Assembly (NCBI GenBank): GCA_038210415.1
Contig: JBBQWS010000011.1
Span: 1,593-65,592, forward strand
Source of the DNA: Actinomycetes bacterium
GTDB taxonomy: Bacteria; Actinomycetota; Actinomycetes; Prado026
Direction: 5' to 3'
DNA: 64,000 nt
Part shown: positions 37,780-50,133 of the stretch, piece by piece
Position numbering within the stretch: the first letter of the stretch is position 1
How the letters are laid out: each line of letters opens with the position of its first letter
The notes under the pieces: generated by a model
Databases searched by the model: none
Told to the model about the DNA's origin: nothing
What the model saw: only the letters and a program-made list of their open reading frames with translations
Program-made: the position numbers and the translations under genes

Positions 37780-38728
37780 CGTCGTCGCCGGGCGCCAGCA
37801 GGCTGACGATGCGCTGGAGGTCGTCGAGCGAGGCGAAGTCGATCGTCACCTTGCCGCGGGTGCGGCCCAGGTCGACCCGGACCCGGGTCTCGTACCGGTC
37901 CGAAAGCCGGGCCGCCAGCTCGGCCAGCGCGGGAGCGTTCGGCCGCTTCGAGCGGTTACGCGGCTGTTGGTCTGATATCTCGGTATCGCCCAGCGTCACG
38001 ATCTCCTCGACCGAACGCACGGACAGCCCCTCGGCGACGATCCGGTGCGCGAGCCGTTCCTGGGCATCGGGGTCCATGAGCCCCAGCAGGGCACGCGCGT
38101 GCCCGGCGGAGAGCACCCCGGCCGCCACCCGGCGCTGGACTGCTGGTGGCAGCCGGAGCAGCCGGATGGTGTTGGAGATCTGCGGCCTCGACCGGCCGAT
38201 CCGGCGGGCGAGCTCCTCGTGCGTGCAGCCGAAGTCCTTCAGCAGCTGGTCGTAGGCCGCAGCCTCCTCCAGTGGGTTCAGCTGGCTCCGGTGCAGGTTC
38301 TCCAGCAGCGCGTCCCGCAGCAGGTCGTCGTCAGCGGTGTCACGCACGATCGCCGGGATCGTCGTGAGGCCGGCGACCTTGCTGGCCCGCAGTCGCCGTT
38401 CGCCCATCACGAGCTCGTACCGGTCACCGCCCAGCGGGCGCACGACGACCGGCTGCAGCAGCCCGATCTCGGTGATCGAGTGCACGAGCTCCGCGAGAGC
38501 CTCCTCGTCGAACACCGACCGTGGCTGCTTCGGGTTCGGCGTGATGGTGTCGATCGGCAGCTCGGCGAAGTGGGCGCCGGCCACCGTGGCGGGGGCGGCA
38601 CCGGACTGGGCTCCGGGATCGGACTGCGCGGTCGGCGCACGGACCGCGTCCGGGTCCGGCGGGGGCACCGGTGCAGCCGGGATGAGGGCACCCAGCCCGC
38701 GACCGAGGCCGCCCTTGCGCACGTTCAC
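37769..38728 (-). CDS. parB: chromosome partitioning protein ParB
   Basis: [12 protein letters not shown]-terminus; MGERRLRA box (CTP-binding GERRxR); HTH region. Confidence 0.93.
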
Positions 38729-39675
38729 CGCTGCTCCTCGTCGTCCGGGTCGATCGGGTCGGCTGGCGCCACCCCGCGGGCGGCCAGCTCACGCGCCGCC
38801 TCGAGGTACGACAGTGCGCCGCTGGACCCCGGGTCGTACGTCATGACCGTCTGACCGTAGCTGGGCGCCTCACTGATCCGGACCGAGCGGGGAATCAGCG
38901 TCTTCAGCACCCGGTCGGTGAAGTGCGTGCGGACCTCGTCCGCCACCTGTGCGGCCAGGCGCGTGCGTGCGTCATACATCGTGAGCAGGATCGTCGAGAT
39001 GTGCAGCGCCGGGTTCAGGTGGGCCTGCACCAGCTCGACGTTACGCACGAGCTGTCCAAGCCCTTCCAGCGCGTAGTACTCGCACTGGATCGGGATGAAC
39101 ACCTCCTGGGCCGCCACCATCGCGTTGACGGTGAGAAGCCCCAGCGATGGCGGACAGTCGATGAGTACGTAGTCGAGGCGGTGTCCCCCGGGCTGGTACG
39201 CGGCGAGGGCACGCTGCAGCCGGGACTCCCGGGCCACCATCGACACGAGCTCGATCTCAGCACCGGCGAGGTCGATCGTCGCGGGCGCGCAGAACAGGCC
39301 GGAGATGCCATCGACCGACTGCACCACGTCCGCGAGCGGGACGCTGTCGACGAGCACCTCGTAGACGCTGGGTGTGCCCGCCTGGTGCGGCACGCCGAGC
39401 GCGGTCGACGCGTTCCCCTGGGGATCCAGGTCGAGCACGAGGACGCGCAGCCCGTGCATCGCCAGGGCGGCCGCCATGTTCACCGTCGACGTCGTCTTGC
39501 CGACGCCGCCCTTCTGGTTGGCCACGGTCATCACTCGGGTTCGGTCCGGGCGCGGCAGGTCGCCGGCGCGCCCGGACCGTACCGCTGCTGCTGTGGCAGC
39601 CGCCCGGGCGATCGGGGTGTCGTCGGTGGCTGCTTCGCCCAGCGCGGTGGTTTCACGTGAAACGGGCTCGTTCAC
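38725..39675 (-). CDS. parA: chromosome partitioning ATPase ParA/Soj
   Basis: Walker [11 protein letters not shown]. Start GTG 39675 was chosen for its GTGA overlap with the rsmG stop. The ORF-track start 39885 would run 210 nt into rsmG. Confidence 0.88.
39649..39664. other. parS centromere-like site 1
   Basis: GGTTTCACGTGAAACG. The inner 14 nt, GTTTCACGTGAAAC (39650-39663), is a perfect palindrome matching the consensus tGTTtCACGTGAAACa. It lies in codons 5-9 of parA (VSRET). Confidence 0.85.
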
Positions 39676-40385
39676 CGGCGACCCTTCCGCTTCGGAATCC
39701 GATCGGAGCTCCGCTCGACGCGGACCACCGCGGTGGGTGGATCGACGACCCCGGCCCCCACCGTCAGGAGATCGATCGCGGCTACCCCCGCCGGGGAGCT
39801 CTCGCGGTAGGCGGCCACTTCGGCAGCCGCGGACTCCCCCTTCATGGCCAGCAAGGTACCGCCCGGCCGCACGAGCGGAAGACACCAGCCGGCCAGCTTC
39901 GGCAACGGGGCCACCGCCCGCGCGATCACGACATCGGCGGTCGGCCCGGAGCTGCCCCGGACCTCCGCCCGAGCCCGCACCACGGTCACCGAGGTCAGCC
40001 CGAGTTGCCTGATTACTTCGTCCAAGAACGTCGTGCGCCGAAGCAGCGGCTCCACCAGCGCGATGCGAAGGTCCGGGCGGATCAACGCCAGCACGATGCC
40101 CGGCAAGCCGGCGCCGCTGCCGACATCATCCACAGACACCCCGGCCGGGATCAGTTCAGCCACGACAGCGCAGTTCAAGATGTGCCGGTCCCACAGTCGG
40201 GAAACTTCACGCGGCCCGATCAGACCGCGCTCGACACCTGCGGCCGCCAGCAGGTCGACGTACGCCTGGACCTGTGGCAACCGGGCCCCGAACAGCGCGC
40301 GTGCGGCGTAGGGTGCCGGACCGAGCGGTTCGGTTTCACGTGAAACCGAACCAGCCGCCGGCTCGGACTGGGACCCGGCCGTCAC
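39672..40385 (-). CDS. rsmG: 16S rRNA (guanine527-N7)-methyltransferase RsmG/GidB
   Basis: SAM motif [16 protein letters not shown]. Conserved position between jag and parA. Confidence 0.9.
40332..40347. other. parS centromere-like site 2
   Basis: GGTTTCACGTGAAACC within a 22-nt perfect palindrome ttcggtttcacgtgaaaccgaa (40329-40350). It lies in the N-terminal region of rsmG (SVSRETE). Confidence 0.85.
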
Positions 40386-41017
40386 GCGGGCCGGACGACC
40401 ACGTATCGCAGGGGCTCGACGCCTTCTGACTCACTGACCAGCCCTGCGGCGGCGACGGCGTCGTGCACGATCTTGCGCTCGAACGGGGTCATCGGCGGCA
40501 GCGACACGGATTCGCCCGACTCGGTCGCCTTGGTTGCCGCCTCGGCTCCGGTGGCGGTGAGCTCGACCCGACGCTGCGCCCGGAAGCCGTCGACGTCGAG
40601 CATCAGCCGGCTACGGTCACCGGTCTCGCGAAGCACGGCCAACCGGGTGAGCTCCTGCAGCGCATCGAGCACCTCGCCGTTGCGCCCCACCAGGTGACGA
40701 AGGTCGCCGCCTACGATCGACACGAGCGCCCGGTCGGCCTCGACGTCCATGTCGATGTCACCGTCCAGGTCGGCGATGTCGAGAAGCCCCTCGAGGTAGT
40801 CGGCGGCGATGTCGCCCTCGGCCACCAGCCGGCTGGATCGCGGTGCGGGCGCGTCGGAATCCGTCGCCTCGGCGTCGGTCCCGTCAGCGTCGGTCACCAC
40901 ACCGTCGGTCAAGTCCGCGTCCGCATCAGCATTCGCGCTGGCGTCGGGCACGACCGCGGCCGGCTCGAGCTCGTCGGTGCTCGAGTCGACAGGCAGGGTG
41001 TCAGGGGTCTCGGACAC
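40382..41017 (-). CDS. jag: Jag/KhpB-like R3H RNA-binding protein
   Basis: Acidic N-terminus, KH-like region, and C-terminal R3H ([10 protein letters not shown]). Conserved position after yidC. Confidence 0.85.
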
Positions 41018-41074
41018 AGGGTCACTCCGGGGTCAGGTTCAGCTCAGCAAGGGGGACAGTCGGGGGCGGAACGG

Positions 41075-42088
41075 TCAGGCCGGGGGAGCCTTGGGCTCAC
41101 CTTCGCCCATCCCCGAGGGCGGGGCGGGGTTGCTGGGACCCGGCTTCGGCTGCGGCGGGGTGCGCTTGGCCCGCGGCTGGCGTTTTGGCTGGTTACGGAC
41201 CACTTTGGGCTCTTCGTCCACCGTAGTGGCGATCGCGGTCGCCGTTGTCGCCGGGCTTTCACCACGAGCCGCGGCCTTCTCGGCCTGGCGCTGGAGCAGA
41301 GCCTTCTCGGCTTCGCTGCCGGGCGTCGGGTTCCGCCGGATCACGTACAGCTGCTGCCCCATCGTCCACACGTTCGTGGTGAGCCAGTAGATGAGTACGC
41401 CGATCGGGAAGTTGATGCCGAACACGGCGAACATCCCGGGCATGACGTACAGCAGGATCTTCTGCTGCTGAGCCATCGGGTTCGCCTGACCGAGCGGCTG
41501 GTTCTTGACCATGAGCTGGCGCTGCGTGGTGAACGTCGTGGCGGTCATCAAGATGATCAGGACCGCCGCGACGATCTTGGTCGTGACCGTGGTGGCGCTG
41601 ACGAACGTGTCGGAGATCGGGGCACCGAAGAGCGTGGCCGCCTTGCCCTGCTGGACCTCCTCGAGGGTGAGGACGCCGACCGGCGTGCCCTTGGCGACCC
41701 CTTGCAGCACGTGGAAGAGGCCGAAGAAGAAGGGCGACTGCACGAGGATGGGCAGGCAGCTCGAGAGCGGGTTGGTGCCCGTCTCCTTGTAGAGCTTCAT
41801 CATCTCTTCGGACTGCTTCTGCCGGTCGTTCTTGTACTTGGTCTGGATCTCCTTCATCTGCGGCTGCAGGGTCTGGAGTCCGCGGGTCGCCTTGATCTGC
41901 TTGACGAACAACGGGATCAGGGCGATCCGGATGACCACCACGAGCATGACGATCGACAGCGCCCACGCCACACCGCTGGCCGGGTCGAGGAAGGTGCTGA
42001 ACAGGTTGTGGAACATCAGCAGCACCCAGGAGACCCCGTAGTAGATCGGGGCCATCACGGTGTTGAACAGGTCGGCCAAGCCGCTCAC
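41075..42088 (-). CDS. yidC: membrane protein insertase YidC
   Basis: 337 aa. Hydrophobic core with the [25 protein letters not shown] loop typical of YidC/Oxa1. Basic, Pro-rich tail. Confidence 0.92.
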
Positions 42089-42393
42089 GTCAGGCTCCTA
42101 GCACGGGTTTCACGAGGTACGGGGGTCTTCGCCGGCGGCACGTGGTCGACCCCACCAGCCGTCCAGGGGTGGCAGCGGCCGAGCCGCCGGACGGCCAGCC
42201 AGCCACCTCGGACCACCCCGTGGGACTGCACCGCCTCGAGGGCGTACTGCGAGCACGACGGGTAGAAGCGGCACGACGACATCGTCCACGGCGAGATCAC
42301 CAGCTGGTACGCGCGGATCGCCGCGACGAACGGGAACCGGACGACCGTGCGGGTGATGTCCCGCGCGCGGGCGCGGACGGCAGCGGTGCTCAT
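42085..42393 (-). CDS. yidD: membrane protein insertion efficiency factor YidD
   Basis: [14 protein letters not shown] motif. Overlaps the rnpA stop (ATGA) and the yidC start. Confidence 0.85.
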
Positions 42394-42728
42394 CGCAGGA
42401 CCCGGTCGAGCGCAGAGTCGACGTCGGCGCTGAGCGCGGCGCTGCTGGCTCCGGCGCTGGCCGGGAGCGCGCGTACGACCAGGAGGGACCCGGCGGGCAG
42501 CCGGCCGAGACGCTCGCGGACGATCGGACGCAGGCGGCGGGTCACGGTGTTGCGCACGACTGCTCCTCCTACGGCCTTGCTGACGACGAAGCCGGCGCGG
42601 GGGGCCTCGAGCGAGCCCTCCACGACGGCCAGGTGCAGGACCAGATGTGGACGCCCAGCCCTTCGGCCCCGGCGGACGGCGACCGTGAAGTCGTCGCCCC
42701 GTCGGATCCGGTTCCGGCTGGCCAGCAC
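42390..42728 (-). CDS. rnpA: ribonuclease P protein component
   Basis: GTG 42728 gives [14 protein letters not shown], the typical RnpA N-terminus. It lies 20 nt after the rpmH stop. The longer ORF-track start overlaps rpmH. Confidence 0.85.
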
Positions 42729-42748
42729 GAGCCCGAGGCTGCTGAGAC

Positions 42749-42886
42749 CTAGGCCGAGAGCTCGGTCCGGCCCTTGCCGCGACGGTTCGACAGGATGGCG
42801 CGGCCCGCGCGGGTCCGCATCCGGAGCCGGAAACCGTGGGTCTTGGCCCGACGACGGTTGTTCGGCTGGAAGGTGCGCTTGCTCAC
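42749..42886 (-). CDS. rpmH: 50S ribosomal protein L34
   Basis: GTG 42886. 45 aa: [50 protein letters not shown] lies upstream. Confidence 0.95.
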
Positions 42887-43019
42887 GGGGAAGCTCCTGG
42901 GGACAGTGGTACGCCCACGCAGCGGGGCGCGGGCACGCGACAGACAACCGAGACTTCGGCTCCTCCACGGTACGGGCGGGCCTGGCGGCCGGTCAAACCG
43001 GGGTCGAGCGGCTGACTGC

Positions 43020-43185
43020 CGTCTGTGGAAGCAGTGTGAACAGACCAGGATCCATGCGCGCGCCACGGGTGTACGGTGCGACACGCCGCCGGAACCTGGA
43101 CCGCGGCTTGAAGCATGGGTCCTCGGCCTTGTACGGTCTCCCGCCGGCGCCGTACACAGCCTGTGGATGACCATGTGGACGAGTC
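43020..43185. promoter_or_regulatory. dnaA upstream region with DnaA-box-like sequences
   Basis: TGTGGAAGC (43024-43032), TGTGGATGA (43162-43170) and TGTGGACGA (43174-43182), compared with the consensus TGTGGACAA (reverse complement of TTGTCCACA). Confidence 0.55.
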
Positions 43186-43191
43186 ATTCCG

Positions 43192-44733
43192 ATGACCCGC
43201 CACACGCACACCGAGGAGAACCGACCAGTGCCGGATCTGACCGACGACGTGGCCGCCGATGAGCTGGCTGTCGTGTGGGGTCGTACCCTGGCCGGGTTGG
43301 CCGACGGCACGCTCTCACCCCAGCACCGGGCCTTCCTGCGGCTGACCCGCCCGATGGCCCTCGTCGGTGACACGGTCCTGATCGCTGCGCCCAACGACTT
43401 CGCCCGGGACGTGATCGAGAACCGCCTGCGAACGGTCCTGACCGAGGCCTTGGCCGCAGAGCTCGGCAGTGACGTCCAGATCGCGGTGACCGTCGACCCG
43501 GGTGCCGCGGGGGAGCACAGCCCGCTGGACGAGCTGACCGACGACGTCGCCGACGGCACGTTCGCCGCCGACCTCGACGCCGCATCCGCTGCCGGGCCCG
43601 GGCCGGTCGGCGGCCGGGACCCGCGCGCGCCCGACCCGTTCGAGCCGACGCCGTACCGGCCGGGCTCCGGTCAGCCACGTGGCCGGCGCGACGCCGAGCC
43701 CAGCCGGCTGAACCCGAAGTACACCTTCGACACGTTCGTCATCGGGTCCAGCAACCGGTTCGCCCACGCCGCCGCGGTCGCAGTTGCTGAGGCACCCGCC
43801 AAGGCGTACAACCCCTTGTTCGTCTACGGGGAGTCTGGCCTCGGCAAGACCCACCTGCTGCATGCCATCGGCGACTACGCCCGGAACCTCTACAGCGGCG
43901 CCCGGGTTCGCTACGTGAGCTCGGAGGAGTTCACGAACGAGTTCATCAACTCGATCCGCGACGACAAGGCCGCGACCTTCCAGCGCCGCTACCGCGAGGT
44001 CGACGTGCTGCTGGTCGACGACATCCAGTTCTTGCAGGGCAAGGTGCAGACGCAGGAGGAGTTCTTCCACACGTTCAACACCCTGCACAACGCGAACAAG
44101 CAGATCGTGATCACTTCGGACAAGCCGCCGAAGCTGCTACCGGAGTTCGAGGAGCGCATGCGTTCGCGGTTCGAGTGGGGACTCATCACCGACGTCCAGC
44201 CGCCCGACCTCGAGACCCGCATCGCCATCTTGCGCAAGAAGGCCGCGCAGGAACGACTCTCGGCGCCGCCCGAGGTCCTGGAGTACATCGCCAGCAAGAT
44301 CTCGACGAACATCCGAGAGCTCGAAGGTGCGTTGATCCGGGTCACGGCGTTCGCGAGCCTGAACCGGCAGCCGGTCGACTTCGCATTGGCCGAGGTCGTG
44401 CTCAAGGACCTGATCACGGACTCGACCGGCCCCGAGATCACCTCGGCCACGATCATGGCCCAGACCGCTGCGTACTTCGGGCTGTCGATGGAGGACCTGT
44501 GCGGAGCCTCGCGCTCCCGGGTCCTGGTGACGGCCCGGCAGATCGCGATGTACCTGTGCCGTGAGCTGACCGACCTTTCGTTGCCGAAGATCGGTCAGCA
44601 GTTCGGCGGGCGCGACCACACGACGGTGATGCACGCGGACCGCAAGATCCGCCAGCTGATGGCCGAGCGCCGCAGCGTCTACAACCAGGTCACCGAGCTG
44701 ACCAACCGGATCAAGTCGCAGACCCGTAGTTGA
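43192..44733 (+). CDS. dnaA: chromosomal replication initiator DnaA
   Basis: Walker [12 protein letters not shown]; DDIQFL; C-terminal DNA-binding region [11 protein letters not shown]. The alt start GTG 43228 has GAGGAG 9 nt upstream and may be the true start. Confidence 0.95.
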
Positions 44734-45115
44734 CCGCCCGTGTGCGCCACGCCGGGCACGCATCACGCTACGTGCACACACTGTGGACAAGCCTGTGGAT
44801 CTGTGGACGATGTGGGGACTCGGTGGGGGAAAGCTGGCGCCACTGGAGGGAAGGCCCGGCACCGTCCACCGGCAATCCTCCATCGTCCACCGTCCGTCCA
44901 CAGGCGCTGTGGACGGAGAGACCGCGCTGATCGGCCGAAACAGTGGTTATCCCCAGTTTCCACCATGCCTATGAAGACGATGAACAGACCTACTAGGAGA
45001 GTGCTGAACCACCAGATCAAGTGCCCCGATCCCTGTGGACCTGGATCTGGCCTACAGTTCGCTGAGTTCATCTCGCGCTGAGCTCAACCATGCATACCTA
45101 GATCGAGGAGGATCC
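44734..45115. other. chromosomal replication origin oriC (dnaA-dnaN intergenic)
   Basis: About 10 DnaA-box-like 9-mers:
- TGTGGACAA 44782 (perfect)
- TGTGGATCT 44794
- TGTGGACGA 44802
- TGTGGGGAC 44811
- CCGTCCACC 44862
- TCGTCCACC 44883
- CCGTCCACA 44894
- TGTGGACGG 44908
- TTATCCCCA 44947
- TGTGGACCT 45034

The locally AT-rich stretch at ~44965-45023 is about 53% A+T by my count. Core-gene orientation diverges here. Confidence 0.85.
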
Positions 45116-46261
45116 GTGCGGTTCCGGGTCGAGCGTGACGTACTTGCAGAAGCCGTGGCCTGGACGGCGCGGAGCCTGCCGGCGCGTCCTCCTGTGCCGG
45201 TGCTCGCCGGACTCCTGCTCGAGGCCGGTGCCGACGGCGTCACGCTGTCCGGGTTCGACTACGAGGTCTCGGCCCGAGTGACGGCTCAGGCCGACGTCCT
45301 CGAACCCGGTCGCGCGCTCGTCAACGGTCGGCTGCTGGCTGACATCTCGCGCAGCCTGCCGGGGCGCCCGGTCGAGATCACGACCGACGGACCCAAGGTG
45401 GTCCTGGTCTGCGGCAGCGCGCGCTTCACCCTGCTGACCCTGCCCGTCGACGAGTACCCCACGCTGCCCGAGATGCCCAACGTCACCGGCACGCTGTCGA
45501 GCAGCCTGTTCGCTGCCGCCGTCCAGCAGGTCGCGATCGCCGCCGGCCGCGACGACACGCTGCCCGTGCTCACCGGGATCCGGGTCGAGATCGACGGCGA
45601 CACCGTCACCCTGGCCGCCACCGACCGCTACCGCCTGGCCGTACGTGAGTTCTCCTGGCGCCCGGAGCAGGCCGGTCTCGATGCGGTTGCGCTGGTGCCG
45701 GCTCGCACGCTCGCGGAGACCGCCAAGGCGCTTGCGTCCGCCGACTCCGTGGCGATCGCCCTGGCCAACAGCGTCAGCGGTGAAGGTCTCATGGGTTTCG
45801 AGGGCTCCGGCCGCCGCACCACGACCCGGCTGCTCGAGGGCGAGTTCCCGAAGTACCGCGCGCTGCTTCCGGCTGAGGCGCTGACCACGGCCGACGTCGA
45901 GACGGCGGCGCTCGTCGAGGCGGTCAAGCGGGTGGCGCTGGTGGCCGAGCGCAACACCCCCGTGCGGTTGTCCTTCACGGCCGGCGAGCTCCAGCTCGAC
46001 GCCGGTAGCGGCGACGAGGCGCAGGCGTCCGAGGCGCTGGCCTGTGCTCTCGACGGCGACCCGATCACGATCGCGTTCAACCCGCAGTTCCTGCTCGACG
46101 GTCTTGGGGCGGTCGACTCGTCGGTGAGCAGGTTGTCGTTCACCACGTCGACCAAGCCGGCGGTCCTCACCGGTGGTGCCGCCGAGGGCGCTGCGGCCGG
46201 TGACGGCGGGGTCGGCGGCGCCTACCGCTACCTGCTGATGCCGGTCCGCCTGTCTGGCTGA
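45116..46261 (+). CDS. dnaN: DNA polymerase III beta sliding clamp
   Basis: GTG 45116 after GAGGAGGA gives [16 protein letters not shown], the typical DnaN N-terminus. The ORF-track start 45035 lies inside oriC. Confidence 0.93.
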
Positions 46262-46266
46262 TCCAG

Positions 46267-47400
46267 GTGTTCGTCGCGCACCTGTCGCTGGCTGACTTCC
46301 GGTCGTACCCGACGGTCGAGCTCCCCCTCGAGCCTGGGGTGACCTGCCTGATCGGACCCAACGGACAGGGCAAGACCAACCTGGTCGAGGCGATCGGGTA
46401 CGTCGCGACGTTGGGCAGCCATCGGGTCGCGAGCGACGCCCCGCTGGTGCGGTTCGGGGCTGAGCGCGCCGTGGTCCGCGTGAGCGTGGTCCGCGACGAC
46501 CGGCCGACCCTGGTCGAGCTGGAGATCACCGCGGGGCGGGCGAACCGGGCCCGGATCAACCGGTCGCCGGTGTCGCGGGCCCGCGAGGTGCTCGGCCTGC
46601 TGCGCACCGTGCTGTTCGCGCCCGAGGACCTCGCGCTGGTCAAAGGCGACCCGGCCGACCGGCGCCGGTTCCTCGACGAGCTGCTCGTCGCTCGAGCTCC
46701 GCGGCTCGCCGGTGTGCGCGCCGACTACGACCGGGTCCTGAAGCAACGCAACGCCTTGCTGAAGTCGGCTGGTGCGTCGGTGCGGGGCCGGACGGCGTCG
46801 GCCGAGCTGCCGACCCTCGACGTGTGGGACACCCACCTGGCCACGACGGGCGCCGAGCTGCTCGCTGCCCGGCTCGACCTGGTGCGGTCGCTCGAACCGC
46901 TGGTCGCCCGGTCCTACTCCGCCGTGGCGCCGGGTTCGGCGCCGGTGACGCTCGCATACGGCTCGAGCCTTGGCCCGGACGCCGACCTGACCGCCGACCG
47001 CGACCACCTGGTCGAGGCGTTGCAGGCGGCGCTGCTCGCGGCGCGGCCCAAGGAGCTCGACCGCGGCGTCTCGCTCGTCGGTCCGCACCGCGACGAGCTC
47101 GTGCTGTCGCTGGGGCCGTTGCCGGCCAGGGGGTATGCCAGCCACGGCGAGTCGTGGTCGTTCGCGCTGGCGCTGCGGCTCGCGTCGTACGACCTGCTCA
47201 CCGCGGACGGCGGGGAGCCGGTGCTGATCCTGGATGATGTGTTTGCCGAGCTCGACGTCACGCGGCGCGAGCGGTTGGCCGAGCTCGTGGCCCCCGCTGA
47301 GCAGGTCCTGGTGACCGCCGCTGTGGCGCAAGATGTGCCCAGGGCACTGTCCGGTGCCCGGGTGGACGTCACCGCCGGGGAGGTGCACCGTGCCGGATGA
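46267..47400 (+). CDS. recF: DNA replication and repair protein RecF
   Basis: Walker [14 protein letters not shown]; signature region; [10 protein letters not shown] Walker B. Confidence 0.93.
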
Positions 47401-47944
47401 CCAGCCGCCGGATGACCAGCCGGAGCCACGGCCCGAGTCACAACCGGCGTCCGGGATCGACCTCGCCCGCGCGGCCCTGGCGGCAGCCAAGGCCGACGCC
47501 CGGGCCAAGGGCCTGCGCCGGTCGGAACGCACCGCTCTGCGGCGCGGCGACGTCGCAGGCCAGCGGCGCAGCAGTGCGCACCCGGACGACCGCGACCCGC
47601 AGCCGCTCGCCCAGGCGGTCGACCGGTTGGTCGCCGACCGTGGCTGGCAGACGCAGGCGGCGGTCGGTGGGGTGATGGCCCGGTGGGACTCCGTGGTGGG
47701 CGCCGACGTGGCCGCCCACTGCGCTCCCGAGAGCTACGACGAGACGGTGCTGACCGTACGGGCCGACTCGACGGCCTGGGCCACCCAGGTCCGGCTGCTT
47801 GCGGCCCAGCTCGTGCAGCGGCTGAACGACGAGTGCGGTGCCGGGTCGGTGACCCGGGTGATGGTGCTGGGCCCGGGCCGGCCGTCTTGGCGCAAGGGTC
47901 CGTTGCACGTCCGCGGCCGGGGCCCGCGTGACACCTACGGCTGA
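47390..47944 (+). CDS. DUF721 / DciA-like protein
   Basis: GTG 47390 overlaps the recF 3' end by 11 nt. The conserved recF-DUF721-gyrB position corresponds to the M. tuberculosis Rv0004 (DciA) slot (memory). C-terminal [19 protein letters not shown] pattern. Confidence 0.75.
47392..47421 (+). repeat. perfect 15-bp tandem duplication at the recF/DUF721 overlap
   Basis: gccggatgaccagcc appears twice (47392-47406 and 47407-47421). Encodes [10 protein letters not shown]. The first copy holds the recF TGA (47398-47400). Confidence 0.9.
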
Positions 47945-47970
47945 TGGCGTCGCGGCCTCAGAAGCCGTGA

Positions 47971-50073
<2,103 letters not shown>

Positions 50074-50133
50074 CCGGCGGCTCACCCCGTACCCCACCCC
50101 CGCGGTAAGCCGTTCGACGGAAGGACCAAGGCA

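Noticed and set aside
42101-42120. Half parS-like sequence GGGTTTCACGAGG near the yidC/yidD junction
   Set aside because: Only the left half-site (GTTTCACG) is present and the right arm is absent, so it is unlikely to bind ParB specifically.
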